Source: Giardia intestinalis (taxonomy: Eukaryota). Taken from it: 64,000 nucleotides of DNA. Every line of letters begins with the position of its first letter. Position 1 is the first letter of the stretch. The notes below the pieces were generated by a model. It was not told where the DNA came from. It saw nothing but the letters and a program-made list of their open reading frames with translations, and made no database searches. Both the position numbers and the translations under genes were made by a program. The stretch is taken from NCBI GenBank assembly GCA_000002435.2, contig CM018790.1. One strand, 5' to 3'. Positions 1 through 10,645 of this stretch are shown one piece after another.

Positions 1-3000
1 CAATCCTCAAGGTGTCGTGTAGTGCTTCAGCTATTGAAGTTTCACAGCTTATGTTATCAATCAGGCTGCAGACACTGGGATCAGTAAGCAAGGACATTGC
101 GGAGAGATAGACGCTATGCTGATATTGTGCATTCTTGCACTTCTCTTCCGTAATAATATTGTATGCATTTTTCTCACGCTCTAGGTCATAAATCTTTTCT
201 ATGATCTCATCATCATGTACAACGGTAAAGCTGTCCACTGAGTCTGACGAGTAAGTGTCATGATCGGTTGTGCTCCCAGTGCATTCCATACTAGGTTCGG
301 TTAATTCTGTGTGTTCCGTGTGTTCCGTGTTATCCTCTGCATCACTTGTAGTTGACCCCTCAACACGACTGCTGGTCAGTTCCTGTACCTCTTCAGATCC
401 CGAGGTTTCAGAGAGAGATGCGCTGATATCAGCTGTACGAGGATTGTGGATAGCTGTCAACTGACGGGGCTTTTTTATCTCGGAAACAATGCTATATGGA
501 TTTGTGGGCAATTTTGGATATGAGGGGAATATGGGATCACAAGTGGAGTGCTCAGCGGAACGTACACCCTGTCTGGCGAGGACTAAAACCTCTTTGTGGC
601 AGGGTTTTCTAAGTTCAATTTTACCCGTGCTGGCATTCAGTCTTTCATAATTTTCTGCATTAAGTTCATGATAAGTAGGATGAGTGTGGCTGTGAAAAGT
701 ACTAGTGTCTAAAGTATCACCGCCCGCACTTGGATGGGATGGATATGTAGCAAGGTTATTGCATATGTCAAAGCCCTCCTGATTGCCTGTTGCTAAAGTA
801 GGGAAGGGCCGGTTTAAGGGGCCAATGTTCAGTTGGAGATCTGTTAACTGAGCTTCTATACCAGCAATACAGCTCGATTCAGCAAAATTGACTCCGGAAT
901 GCATATATTTCTCGCTTGCGTCGAGTCTGTTTCCACTTATAGATGCATCATTTGCACAATCATACATCAAAGATGGCGTTGCTGATGGCAGATGGGATTG
1001 ATCTAACAGCATGTATCGATCCAGGCTTGGTCGATAATTAAAATCTGTGCTACATCCGTCCAGTCTGAACATGGACGTACTGGACGAATAGGGACCTTTA
1101 TTAGTTAGTAGTATAGCCGACCCTTGCTCGATAGACGAATAGAACTCATATCCCGTTGACTTTCTACCCTGTACATGAGGATTGTGAAGCAGCCTGTTAT
1201 TTTGAGCAATTACAATAGCGACATCGTCGTGCTCATCCGCTGAGACAGGCACCAAAGCATTGTGGTGTAGCCCCTGAGTATCACTTTGGTCACTTTGCCC
1301 CATATCAACAAATGATACAAGATTTTTGGCTCCAAGTAGCTGTTGCTGCATTTTCTTAATGAGAGGAGTTGTAGACATGCTTAGTGAGATAGACTCAACG
1401 AGAGACCCTTCTGCCATATTATCTACTTGCGACCTTTCGGTAGGTAATGTGGCAGACAATTGAGTGGTTGGGCTCAGCTCTGCCTGGAGCTCATTCAAAA
1501 TTTCTAATGTATGCCGGATTCTTTTAGTGTGGGCTAGCACTTTGGGGCTTTTAAAGTTTTCCAATGACGGAAATGGTGAGATTGCAGAGCCTAGACCAGA
1601 CAAAGTAATAATAGATCCCGATGGATCTCTGTCCGCACGTCCGTTTTCTGAAGGGATAGGCGCCTGTGCTGGTGAGACAGGGTCGATAGTCATAGACTCC
1701 TCGGGCTCAGTAAAGTAGCACGGCGCTGGGGAAAGATCGCGTGGCTCTTTGGGAGATGCCGATTGCGGTTGTATGGTACAGATATCTAGTGACGACACTG
1801 TCAGGCGAGGGGCACCATTCTCAGTGACTCTGTGCACCTCCATATTTTCAAGCAAATCGGACGATGCAACAGGGAGATCTTGCTGCTGGTATGGACATGT
1901 ATCCAACGGATGGCTCATCAGCATGTCCTGATTTGGGTCTGGGGTCTCTGATGTGTATATGAATGACTCCCTGTCGAGAGCTTTATCAGGTGTTCTGCCT
2001 TCAGAAACTCGGTTATTATCACACTTATTGGAGTAGTAGTACGTCTCACTTGTTGAACTGCAGTAGCTTTCGTTAGCAGAGAAGCTTGGGGTATATTGTC
2101 TCCTTATGGTGGGATCATCTAAGAGAGGAGATTTTAGGGAGTATGATGTCTTTTGGCTATCTACCATAGAAGTGGCACCCTTGAGACTAATCTCGTTAAT
2201 GACCTCCGGATTTATAGGATGCTCGTCGGCCTTGCTTCCAGTGGACAAGTGTTCATTTTCAAAGTCATCAAACGGTGAAGAAGGGCTTTTCAGAGCATGG
2301 TGTACATGCACCCGATAGTCTGGAAACACATTAGAGGACTGCTTTGCTGTAGAAGCCTGTTTGGGAAGTGGAGCTTTGGTGATAGAGGGGAAGGTGCTAG
2401 AAGGAACTGCCGGTGTACATGACTTTGTAAGATCTACAATATGACTAGAATGTCTAGTAGGCTCTCTGACGAAGCTACTGAGTGTGGTATTTGATTGCTG
2501 ATGGGGAGCTTGCCTGCTTGGAGGTGGCCGTTTAACTTGTAACGTATCGTTCAGAGACAAAGAAGCAGATGATTCTGCACGCTCAATAGACGTATTTTTA
2601 TGCATTTCAAAAGATGATAGCTCTGGCGCAATAGGGCAATTCTTGAGATGCGCTTCCGACAGGATCTGTGATGAAACTCTTGTATGAGTCCACACAGATG
2701 TTTTTGATTGTTTCCTTAACGTCCGTGGCTCTTTCGTAACAGATATTGCCGCTAGATCGCCTGAGGTAATCGGTATAGATTTCTTTGTAGAAAACTGAAC
2801 AACTGGTAGTCCTCTTAGCCTCTCCTCATGGGGTTTCTGGCTACCCTGGCTTTGCAGACGATACGCCTCTGTATAGGTAGCACACGTATTATAATTCAAG
2901 AGATCCCCGTCGCTCTCCACTTTCTTACGAGGAAGAGAGTAGAACGATACTGTTTTAGGCGACAGAGAGAGGTTGGTTATAGATAGAAGTGTTGTAGCAA

Positions 3001-5056
3001 TGTCCGGGATGTTTTCTCTTACTCTGCTCCTTGTAGTGTGGAAGAGTGAAGAGTGATCTTGTGGAGCTTCTTTAGAACAGAGACTAGACGTAAAAACAGC
3101 ACTTCGCGTGACAGGCACGGTTGCTTCATTAATAACAGAGGAGGAAGGATCGAAGAAGACATGCTTCATAGGTAAGTGATCAGAATATAACGTTTGAGAT
3201 AACTGCTTTCGCACAGAGTAAGCTGACTGTGCTCGTATATCGGATGCAGTACTAGTAGGTAATCTATCTCTTGCTACGCGTGATGCGGTTAAGGAAGTGC
3301 TACTGGTATCTAAAGGACGATACGTCTTGTTAAGGGTCGGCTGTGCAGAATGAGGACGTGCCAAAGATGTACTCATCAGTATTGGTATTGGACGTTGTGG
3401 AAACCTCATTGCAACTACACTTGTACTGGAATCTGGAGACTGTTCAGGAGTAGTAGCAGGTATAGGTCTCTCTGGATGTAAAACTGGACCAGAGACAGGG
3501 TACTCAGTCGTCTGGACTTCAGACAGTTGCCCCTCAACAGTAGTATTGGTCAACACAACAAGTTCCTCGCCCGATGGCTTGCTTGAATGTTGAAGGCTGT
3601 ACGCAGGAGCGTGAATAGTGTGTCCTTGCTGATCTGAAGATTGTGTAGTTAGTTTCTCCACTCGCCTAGCAACTATAAAAGGTTCTGAGGCCGAGGGCAG
3701 TAGTTTTCTAATAGAAGTAACCGTTGTAGCAATAACTGGAGAAACTAACTGCTCATCTTGCTTAACTGTTTGTGATGTAGATGGAGTCCCCATTGTTGTC
3801 GCCATTGTTGTTAGTGTCGGGCTTAACGTAGGAGATATTGAGGCGGTAGCATGAACGAGATCCTCTGTTAGGGTAACACTTGGAGGCTCAGTAGTGGATG
3901 GAGAAACGGAACCGTGTGCTGATAGAGACTTCGAGATGTCTGCAACATAACAATCTGGGGGCTTTGTCATATTGATTGGCTGGAGCTGGGGTTCCAAGGG
4001 ATCAGGGCATGCATACTGCTTTGGTTCTAGTGTGCTGACAAGCCTACTCAGGTGTGTGTTCCTCTGAGCTATCTCTTCCTTTATCTGTTCCTCGGAAAAG
4101 GTAAGATCGCTCATTGTAGATATTGTAGGTGACACTGTGCTGGATAATGAAACAGAGATGCTAGGAGGCTTGTGTAGATCGGTCCTGCTAGTGTGCCTTG
4201 GCATTACATTAGAGAGTACATCTATACTATGTGGGCCCCCGATAGGATCTTCTAGTGTGCTGCTCTCCTTAACATACAAATCGGCTAATTCCACTAGATC
4301 GTCAGGTCCGCTTGGAAGTTGTATCGATTTTGGTGGATGTTCCGTTACGCACCCATCTAAACCAGTATCTAGGCCATACTCCAAATCTAAATTTGAGGCA
4401 GGATAGCTTCCCAGCAGGTCTTTTTCAACCGACGAGAAGACATTCTGATCAAGGCGTGGCATAGGTGCGGGAACAGGTTCTACAAACTGGAGTGTTTCCA
4501 GCTCTGATGGTTCTCCTGGCTGCAATCTCGACTTCGATATCATGTTGCTGAGCTGAAGGTGCTGCACCTCTCGCTGAAGCGCCTCGATCTGCCTTTGCAT
4601 GGCTTCTGTGGGGTCTTGCATGCTCTGTGCCCCAGTGAAAGAAGCTTCTGCTGACGATAGCAATGAACTATTCGGGTAAATGTGAGCACATGCTAGGGGA
4701 TGTGTCACCCGGCTAGACTGTATCCGTGCGGGTTGACTGGATTGTGCATGTCGAGGAAGCGGTGGGACGCTATGGGGATTTGTTGTTACCCTGCTCTGCT
4801 TGGAATGCGGCCTTGCATGTTTATGCCGTCTACTACTGGACTCTCTACTATTTAAAATGGCCATGTTAATCTCCTGCTCCAATGTAGATGCTTGCTGCAT
4901 CCCATTTTCAACCCGATTCTTACCGCGTACTGACCTGCTCTGGTCTGAACCTATACGATGAGATGAGTGTCGTGTATGTGATGGGGCAGTGGTTAGAATG
5001 AGGTCTTGTATCTGTTTTGTTATAGAGTCTCCAGTCAAATTCGCCCTGTGCGTCAT
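1..5056 (-). CDS. large Ser/Thr/Pro-rich low-complexity protein; start codon in window, stop beyond the left window edge (partial, over 1680 aa visible)
   Basis: Manual minus-strand translation from the ATG at 5056..5054 (MTHRANLTGDSITKQIQDL...) stays open to position 1. An in-frame TAA lies upstream at 5110..5108. The track lists no minus-strand ORFs at all across 1-5100. It is absent from the track because no stop falls in the window. There is an N-terminal coiled-coil-like stretch followed by long S/T/P-rich sequence. Confidence 0.5.
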   Translation of the reverse strand, partial: MTHRANLTGDSITKQIQDLILTTAPSHTRHSSHRIGSDQSRSVRGKNRVENGMQQASTLEQEINMAILNSRESSSRRHKHARPHSKQSRVTTNPHSVPPLPRHAQSSQPARIQSSRVTHPLACAHIYPNSSLLSSAEASFTGAQSMQDPTEAMQRQIEALQREVQHLQLSNMISKSRLQPGEPSELETLQFVEPVPAPMPRLDQNVFSSVEKDLLGSYPASNLDLEYGLDTGLDGCVTEHPPKSIQLPSGPDDLVELADLYVKESSTLEDPIGGPHSIDVLSNVMPRHTSRTDLHKPPSISVSLSSTVSPTISTMSDLTFSEEQIKEEIAQRNTHLSRLVSTLEPKQYACPDPLEPQLQPINMTKPPDCYVADISKSLSAHGSVSPSTTEPPSVTLTEDLVHATASISPTLSPTLTTMATTMGTPSTSQTVKQDEQLVSPVIATTVTSIRKLLPSASEPFIVARRVEKLTTQSSDQQGHTIHAPAYSLQHSSKPSGEELVVLTNTTVEGQLSEVQTTEYPVSGPVLHPERPIPATTPEQSPDSSTSVVAMRFPQRPIPILMSTSLARPHSAQPTLNKTYRPLDTSSTSLTASRVARDRLPTSTASDIRAQSAYSVRKQLSQTLYSDHLPMKHVFFDPSSSVINEATVPVTRSAVFTSSLCSKEAPQDHSSLFHTTRSRVRENIPDIATTLLSITNLSLSPKTVSFYSLPRKKVESDGDLLNYNTCATYTEAYRLQSQGSQKPHEERLRGLPVVQFSTKKSIPITSGDLAAISVTKEPRTLRKQSKTSVWTHTRVSSQILSEAHLKNCPIAPELSSFEMHKNTSIERAESSASLSLNDTLQVKRPPPSRQAPHQQSNTTLSSFVREPTRHSSHIVDLTKSCTPAVPSSTFPSITKAPLPKQASTAKQSSNVFPDYRVHVHHALKSPSSPFDDFENEHLSTGSKADEHPINPEVINEISLKGATSMVDSQKTSYSLKSPLLDDPTIRRQYTPSFSANESYCSSTSETYYYSNKCDNNRVSEGRTPDKALDRESFIYTSETPDPNQDMLMSHPLDTCPYQQQDLPVASSDLLENMEVHRVTENGAPRLTVSSLDICTIQPQSASPKEPRDLSPAPCYFTEPEESMTIDPVSPAQAPIPSENGRADRDPSGSIITLSGLGSAISPFPSLENFKSPKVLAHTKRIRHTLEILNELQAELSPTTQLSATLPTERSQVDNMAEGSLVESISLSMSTTPLIKKMQQQLLGAKNLVSFVDMGQSDQSDTQGLHHNALVPVSADEHDDVAIVIAQNNRLLHNPHVQGRKSTGYEFYSSIEQGSAILLTNKGPYSSSTSMFRLDGCSTDFNYRPSLDRYMLLDQSHLPSATPSLMYDCANDASISGNRLDASEKYMHSGVNFAESSCIAGIEAQLTDLQLNIGPLNRPFPTLATGNQEGFDICNNLATYPSHPSAGGDTLDTSTFHSHTHPTYHELNAENYERLNASTGKIELRKPCHKEVLVLARQGVRSAEHSTCDPIFPSYPKLPTNPYSIVSEIKKPRQLTAIHNPRTADISASLSETSGSEEVQELTSSRVEGSTTSDAEDNTEHTEHTELTEPSMECTGSTTDHDTYSSDSVDSFTVVHDDEIIEKIYDLEREKNAYNIITEEKCKNAQYQHSVYLSAMSLLTDPSVCSLIDNISCETSIAEALHDTLRI

Positions 5057-5147
5057 TTGAAGGAAGATGACTGGAGGGTCCGAGTAAAATTTAAACTGCA
5101 AGGAAATTTACACTGCCTAGTGCTACACGGATGAATGTAGTAAAGTA

Positions 5148-7553
5148 CTAGATAACTTCTTCCATTAGTTGAAGTATTCTACGACACCAATCTGCGAAGA
5201 TTTGCGAACCGGTGCGTCTTTTTGATAGAGTCATTACCATCGAAATCAAATTACTGTCCTTCGCAATCAAGCCAACGGCATACTCTATCACTTCCGATGA
5301 ATCGTACGGGAACCTCTTGTCGAATAACTTGTATATTTGGACCTCTACTGTGTCATGATAGAGAGTGATGTAACCCCGAATATTATCCGGTTGATAGACA
5401 GAGAATAGGTCTAAAAGAGGGAGCAGTACCTTTTCCCGTTTCTTATGAAGCAATATGCCATCTACCAGAAGTGCGCAAACTATATTGGGACTGACGTAAT
5501 CCTGCAGTACCTTGAGAAGAGAACCAAGGAGATCGGCATTAAGGTAAAAGTGCACATCCCTCAGTTTCTCACTAATGGTAGTAGAGAAGGATTTAGTGGT
5601 AATAATAGGGGTGGCTGTAAACCTCATAAGATGCTGCTTGTCAATGGAAGATAGATCTGATAGTATTGATGTCGAAGCGCGCGCACCTGCCTGACTAAGC
5701 TCTTCAGAAGGTTCGCTGGTCACAAGAAAGTATAGGTGTCCGTAGAGATCGAGGGCGCTAGCCTGCACAAGGGCGCTGGAGTCAGCCAGGAGACTGGCCA
5801 AGCAGTGCTTCAAGTCTATCAGCTCGTCCTCCTCCACGGCGGCAATGGCAAAGCACTTCAATGCATTGATGCAAAGCACTCTGTTTCTAGCGTTGATATC
5901 TTGCCGAGCAGTTTGCATAAGAAATTGGCGACCCTCCCGATTCGTGAGACAAATGCACTCTGCAACCAAAAGTTTTGATGACGAGGCAGAGGAGAACAAG
6001 GTTATGAAATGCTGGACATCTTCCTGCTTGAGTAGCAGGTCTTGCGGGCTTATACTAACATTGGAGTACACATACTTTATCGTCAAAAGACAAAAATTTC
6101 GCACCTTTGGGTGTTGGTTAGTAGTAGAAAGATTTAGAATAGAATAAAAAAGGCCCATGGCCACTGTTTTGTGAACGTATTGTAAGTATCTAACAAGAAG
6201 TAATCCCAGGCTGATAACAGCAACTTCCTTCACAGAATCAGATGGGTGGAAGATTGCATCCAGTACACATTCTATAAACTGGATAGCATGTATAGACTGT
6301 AGCCGCTTATACACGCGTGCACTACTTGTACTCGTTGATGAGGAGTCTGCTAGAGAACAAAGGATGCTTGTCATGGCAGAGATGGCAGATGACACGACTC
6401 CTTCGTTAGATGATTGCATAGATGACTTCAAAGAGGTAAGTAACAACAAGTACGTTTTATCGGACAGCGTTCTCAGTTGACAGAAAGAGGAGGTCAAACG
6501 CTTTTCAGACCGATCTAGCTGCTCATCATTCATGGATTGACTCGCAGACACGTTCGTAGTATGCTTAGTAATGTCGAGATCTCCTAGATGAAGAGAGTTT
6601 GCTCTCGAAGTGCGAGAGGATGCACGACGGCTTTCTGAGGGTGATGTTGTCAGATGTGCCTTGTGGGAAGATGGACCTTCTAAGCTCCTCCAGACAGCAT
6701 TCTCACATATGGCCAGCTTTTCATGGAGAAGTTCGAGATAAAGACACAGCTCTTCGTAGCAAAGAACAATTGTGTCATCAGTGATGGTATACGTACACCC
6801 GGATGTGTCAGAGATTGTAATCTTGCAGTTGTAGGGACACTCGATTGAGCATGGAAACTCGCTAGTCGCGCAAACATCGCAGCTAGAGGCATTTATCTTT
6901 ATATCACGAGCTAGTGCCTGCAGACACGCTACTCTGAAACTCCTATCAGCTACTTCACCTCGCTCGTCTTTGATGACAGAGCATAGATGGCGGAACGCAA
7001 AGAGTTTGATGAGGGCGGTGGCCACGAGGTCTTGTTGTGCATAAGTGATAGTGTGATTGTAAGAAGTGCTCGGGTCAAGAAGATCAAGGATCGGCTTGGT
7101 GGCGTGCCGCCGAGCGTTATAGCCCAACTGAATTATCGCTCTAAGGGTCATGGCCCGGTCTATAGCCCACATCTCCATGACCATGGGCGTGACCACATGC
7201 TCCTGAATGCATGGGAAGGAACACAACAACGCTAGCAGTTCGCATCTATGTGGAGTGGGGACGCCTCGCAAAGTTCGCAAAAAACTCCTTAAATAGCCGT
7301 GCCGCAGCAACAGTGACAAAGCTTTAGAGGCTAACTCTCTACAAAACGGATCCTGTGTCAAACCACACAATTGCGTAGTTGAATCACCTGATGAATCCAC
7401 CTGTGTAATGCACGATGGCTCAAGGAGCAGCCTGCATAGAAAAAGATACTCTCTGTCGCCACAGGCACCTTGTTCTAATGTCCAAAGCTCCGAAACAATT
7501 CTAGTGCAATATCCTCTATCACATACATCAGCTTCAGTGAGCGAATTTAGCAT
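5148..7553 (-). CDS. hypothetical protein, 801 aa, helical (HEAT/ARM-like?) Cys-rich
   Basis: Long ATG-initiated ORF (cat at 7551-7553). It sits 91 bp downstream of the neighbouring gene's start. Composition is varied and coding-like. No family recognised. Confidence 0.5.
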   Translation of the reverse strand: MLNSLTEADVCDRGYCTRIVSELWTLEQGACGDREYLFLCRLLLEPSCITQVDSSGDSTTQLCGLTQDPFCRELASKALSLLLRHGYLRSFLRTLRGVPTPHRCELLALLCSFPCIQEHVVTPMVMEMWAIDRAMTLRAIIQLGYNARRHATKPILDLLDPSTSYNHTITYAQQDLVATALIKLFAFRHLCSVIKDERGEVADRSFRVACLQALARDIKINASSCDVCATSEFPCSIECPYNCKITISDTSGCTYTITDDTIVLCYEELCLYLELLHEKLAICENAVWRSLEGPSSHKAHLTTSPSESRRASSRTSRANSLHLGDLDITKHTTNVSASQSMNDEQLDRSEKRLTSSFCQLRTLSDKTYLLLLTSLKSSMQSSNEGVVSSAISAMTSILCSLADSSSTSTSSARVYKRLQSIHAIQFIECVLDAIFHPSDSVKEVAVISLGLLLVRYLQYVHKTVAMGLFYSILNLSTTNQHPKVRNFCLLTIKYVYSNVSISPQDLLLKQEDVQHFITLFSSASSSKLLVAECICLTNREGRQFLMQTARQDINARNRVLCINALKCFAIAAVEEDELIDLKHCLASLLADSSALVQASALDLYGHLYFLVTSEPSEELSQAGARASTSILSDLSSIDKQHLMRFTATPIITTKSFSTTISEKLRDVHFYLNADLLGSLLKVLQDYVSPNIVCALLVDGILLHKKREKVLLPLLDLFSVYQPDNIRGYITLYHDTVEVQIYKLFDKRFPYDSSEVIEYAVGLIAKDSNLISMVMTLSKRRTGSQIFADWCRRILQLMEEVI

Positions 7554-7816
7554 AACACAGCCTTGGGCCCTAAAACTACATGTTGTTTATATGTGCGACA
7601 ATTTCTATAAAAATTGAAGTTTAATTTGAAATTATCATTTTTAATCATATTTGGCAAACAACGACCTAAGATGCTACCTGGGGCTAAACGCTATCACTAA
7701 CGGGCAAATGAGGGCTTCCTTTGATATCCAAGGTTTCTGGGAGATAATGTACCGATTATATTTATGCCATTCAGATAAGATAATTCTTCTTTGTTTAAGG
7801 TGTTCCCTACTTTTCA

Positions 7817-10645
7817 ATGGGCATAGATCTGCTTGATAAATACTACTTCAGTGCTACTCTCCTGTCCAGGTGTCCATACGGTGATCTTTATGTTGCAAAT
7901 TCTAGACGTACACGTCTAAACGTTATTGCACGCGTAATCCACCTTGAATTTATAGAATCAACGGTTATGAAGCAGCTAAAAGATGCATATGAGCAAACAA
8001 AGCGCATCGACCACGCTAATATATTTTTATACACGGCTTTCTATCTGGACGAGAATACCATCATTCTCGAGGCCGATACCGATCAACAGACGGTTGTAGA
8101 CGATCTGGCCATAAGAAAGGACCTGGGAACATCGTACACCACTGACGAGCTGTTTTACTTTGCGTATCAGATTGCCGATGCCCTTTACCATATACATTGC
8201 AAGAGCGTCTACGAGGGCCTTCTGTTTTCTGTCAGAGCTGATAGCGTTGTCATAAAGGGAAGCCCTGTGAACCTTATGGACATGAAGGCTAAGTTGAGTA
8301 TATTCACGGCCAAGTGGCCAGCCCAAAATCAACCTACCACGGCAAGGTTTGAGACTCGCCTAGCGGTGTCCGATATCTTTGAGTTCTCAAAGATGTCTTT
8401 TGAGCAGCATGCCCTTTACAACATTACCATGCTTGGGCATCTACTCCTGGAGATGGCCCTTATGAGGCCTCTGGAAAAGGGAACTGCGAACTCAGTATGT
8501 GCAGAAAATGAAGACTTAATTATTAGCACCCACAACACTACCCTTTTAGACCTAATACGATTCTGCCTAAATTCCACCCAATCTCGGCGGACCATCATAA
8601 TTGACATCAAAGACCTTGCAGCATTTGGTCTGGGATTACGGTATGCAGATCAGGAATTCCGTTTCTATAGCTCTCGAGAGAAGGCGTCTACCGTTGACAA
8701 GCTAATAAAGCAGCTCCAGGCGGAGAAGAAGTTTCTCAGCTCAATTAGAGCGCGGGATATTATCATGCAAGCACTCAGAATGGCCACGATGGCATATGAC
8801 AAGGGCTTGGGGCTCAATTATTACGCAGAGGATGTCAGCATAGTTAAGGACACTATTACCATATACCCTGATGCAAGTGTAGACGGGCACATATATGATC
8901 TCCTGAGGGACATGGCGAAGGTGATCGAGCCAGGATTCTTCGCCCAAGAGTTGAGCAGGCTTACTAATGTGAAGGTGGTTCCATCTCTGCACGATGCTGT
9001 AGCAACACTGGAGCCCTTGCTAGCCAAGATAGGAACTAACCAAATGGTCAAGCTTACTGCAATGGAGCTAGTTCTGAGCGAGCTAGCCAGCAAGATCCCG
9101 GAAGATAGCAACAGCTTTACCATCCTGTATGCTCAGCTGTCCGACCAAGGTTTTAGCATCGCCGAAGCAAACAACATTATCTCGATGCTTCCCCAACTTG
9201 TCCACAGACCAATTCTTCTATCTGTCTTTATGCGATGCTGCATTGAAAAGTCGATCTCCCTAAAGGTGCCCTTTCGCCTCGGCAATGTTCAGCCAACCAT
9301 GTCCAAGTTGATGACGGCGTTGTTAAAGGGCGGCCATGGCGTAACATCCTTGAAAGATTACTTGTGCGATCTTGGGCAGCAATGTCTCGCTCCGATCTGC
9401 TTGCTAGATCGCAATAGTTGCAAACTGTTTTGCACTCACCTTACTGCACTTATGGTGGCAGCATGGTATAACAAGCTGGGAGCTATACGCCTGTTATTAG
9501 CAGAGCTAGGGTACTGCACAGACAACCAGATGACTGCGCTTATGTTTGCTTCTGTTGCTGGAAGTACTGAGTCGGTCCCCTTTTTGACAATGGAAGCCCA
9601 ACACAGGAATTCGCTTGGTCAAACAGCTCTGATGCTTGCTGCCATACGTGGTCATATGAACGTGGCCAAAATACTAGCGCCCCTAGAGGCCGGGATACAG
9701 GACTGCCGGGGAAGAACTGCCCTCATGTATGCAGTGCAGCAGGACAATCCAAAGATGGTGCAGCTCTTGTTAGAGTATGAAAGTGGATACCAAGACAGTG
9801 ATGGCAATACAGCTCTGATGTATGCGATTTATCGCAACTCCCTAATATATACAGAGCTTCTATTTCGTTACGAATCAGCAAAACAAACAAAAGATAACAT
9901 GACCGCACTTCTGTTCGCCATTAGAGGCAACAAGCCCGACCTAATACAGCTACTACTTCCCATGGAGGTATCTCTAACCACGACGACTGGAGAAACGGTC
10001 TTAATGTATGCAGCTCAAGCTGGGAACGAGCAACTTGTTCGTCAGTTGATAAACCTATATCCTAAACTTGCGCTGAACCGACAGGATGGCACAGGATGGA
10101 CTGCTCTAATGAGGGCAGCCCAGATGGGCTATGAGAATATTGTAAAACTGCTTCTACCACATGAGGGTGGTCGACAAACCAACGATGGCACCACAGCACT
10201 TATGATTGCCACCAAAAACCATAGTAACAACATAGTTCTTGTCCTTCGAAAAGAGGAACGGAGGCTTACAGACAAAAATGGAGATACAGCACTAATACAT
10301 GCCGCTAGAAACGGAAACATAAATGCCATTCGCTTGCTAAAGAGTTACGAGGCTGGTCTTCTGAACAATGACGGGTACACTGCTCTGATGGTAGCAGTCA
10401 AACAGGGGTATGTTGATCTTGCAGATGAATTGTTCTTACCGGAATATAAAGTACGTGCATACTCTGGCCTGAGTGCTCTTGGTGTAGCGCATGCAACAAG
10501 GAATCGCGCCATATTAGAACTATTTGCCAAGAAGATGGAAGAGCATTGTTCTTTAAACCCAAAGCACAACCAGGAGATGGAGCTAACTTGGTCACCAATT
10601 CACTATGCTACCCCCTTCACAGCCGTGAATACAGAGCCGCAATGA
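7817..10645 (+). CDS. NEK-family pseudokinase domain plus C-terminal ankyrin repeats (Giardia 'Protein 21.1'-like)
   Basis: The N-terminal region is kinase-like but has no GxGxxG, HRD or DFG motif. The C-terminal half carries more than 10 ankyrin repeats with TALMxAA/NxxG units (TALMFASVAGS, TALMLAAIRGH, TALMYAVQQDN and others). ATG at 7817. Confidence 0.75.
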   Translation: MGIDLLDKYYFSATLLSRCPYGDLYVANSRRTRLNVIARVIHLEFIESTVMKQLKDAYEQTKRIDHANIFLYTAFYLDENTIILEADTDQQTVVDDLAIRKDLGTSYTTDELFYFAYQIADALYHIHCKSVYEGLLFSVRADSVVIKGSPVNLMDMKAKLSIFTAKWPAQNQPTTARFETRLAVSDIFEFSKMSFEQHALYNITMLGHLLLEMALMRPLEKGTANSVCAENEDLIISTHNTTLLDLIRFCLNSTQSRRTIIIDIKDLAAFGLGLRYADQEFRFYSSREKASTVDKLIKQLQAEKKFLSSIRARDIIMQALRMATMAYDKGLGLNYYAEDVSIVKDTITIYPDASVDGHIYDLLRDMAKVIEPGFFAQELSRLTNVKVVPSLHDAVATLEPLLAKIGTNQMVKLTAMELVLSELASKIPEDSNSFTILYAQLSDQGFSIAEANNIISMLPQLVHRPILLSVFMRCCIEKSISLKVPFRLGNVQPTMSKLMTALLKGGHGVTSLKDYLCDLGQQCLAPICLLDRNSCKLFCTHLTALMVAAWYNKLGAIRLLLAELGYCTDNQMTALMFASVAGSTESVPFLTMEAQHRNSLGQTALMLAAIRGHMNVAKILAPLEAGIQDCRGRTALMYAVQQDNPKMVQLLLEYESGYQDSDGNTALMYAIYRNSLIYTELLFRYESAKQTKDNMTALLFAIRGNKPDLIQLLLPMEVSLTTTTGETVLMYAAQAGNEQLVRQLINLYPKLALNRQDGTGWTALMRAAQMGYENIVKLLLPHEGGRQTNDGTTALMIATKNHSNNIVLVLRKEERRLTDKNGDTALIHAARNGNINAIRLLKSYEAGLLNNDGYTALMVAVKQGYVDLADELFLPEYKVRAYSGLSALGVAHATRNRAILELFAKKMEEHCSLNPKHNQEMELTWSPIHYATPFTAVNTEPQ

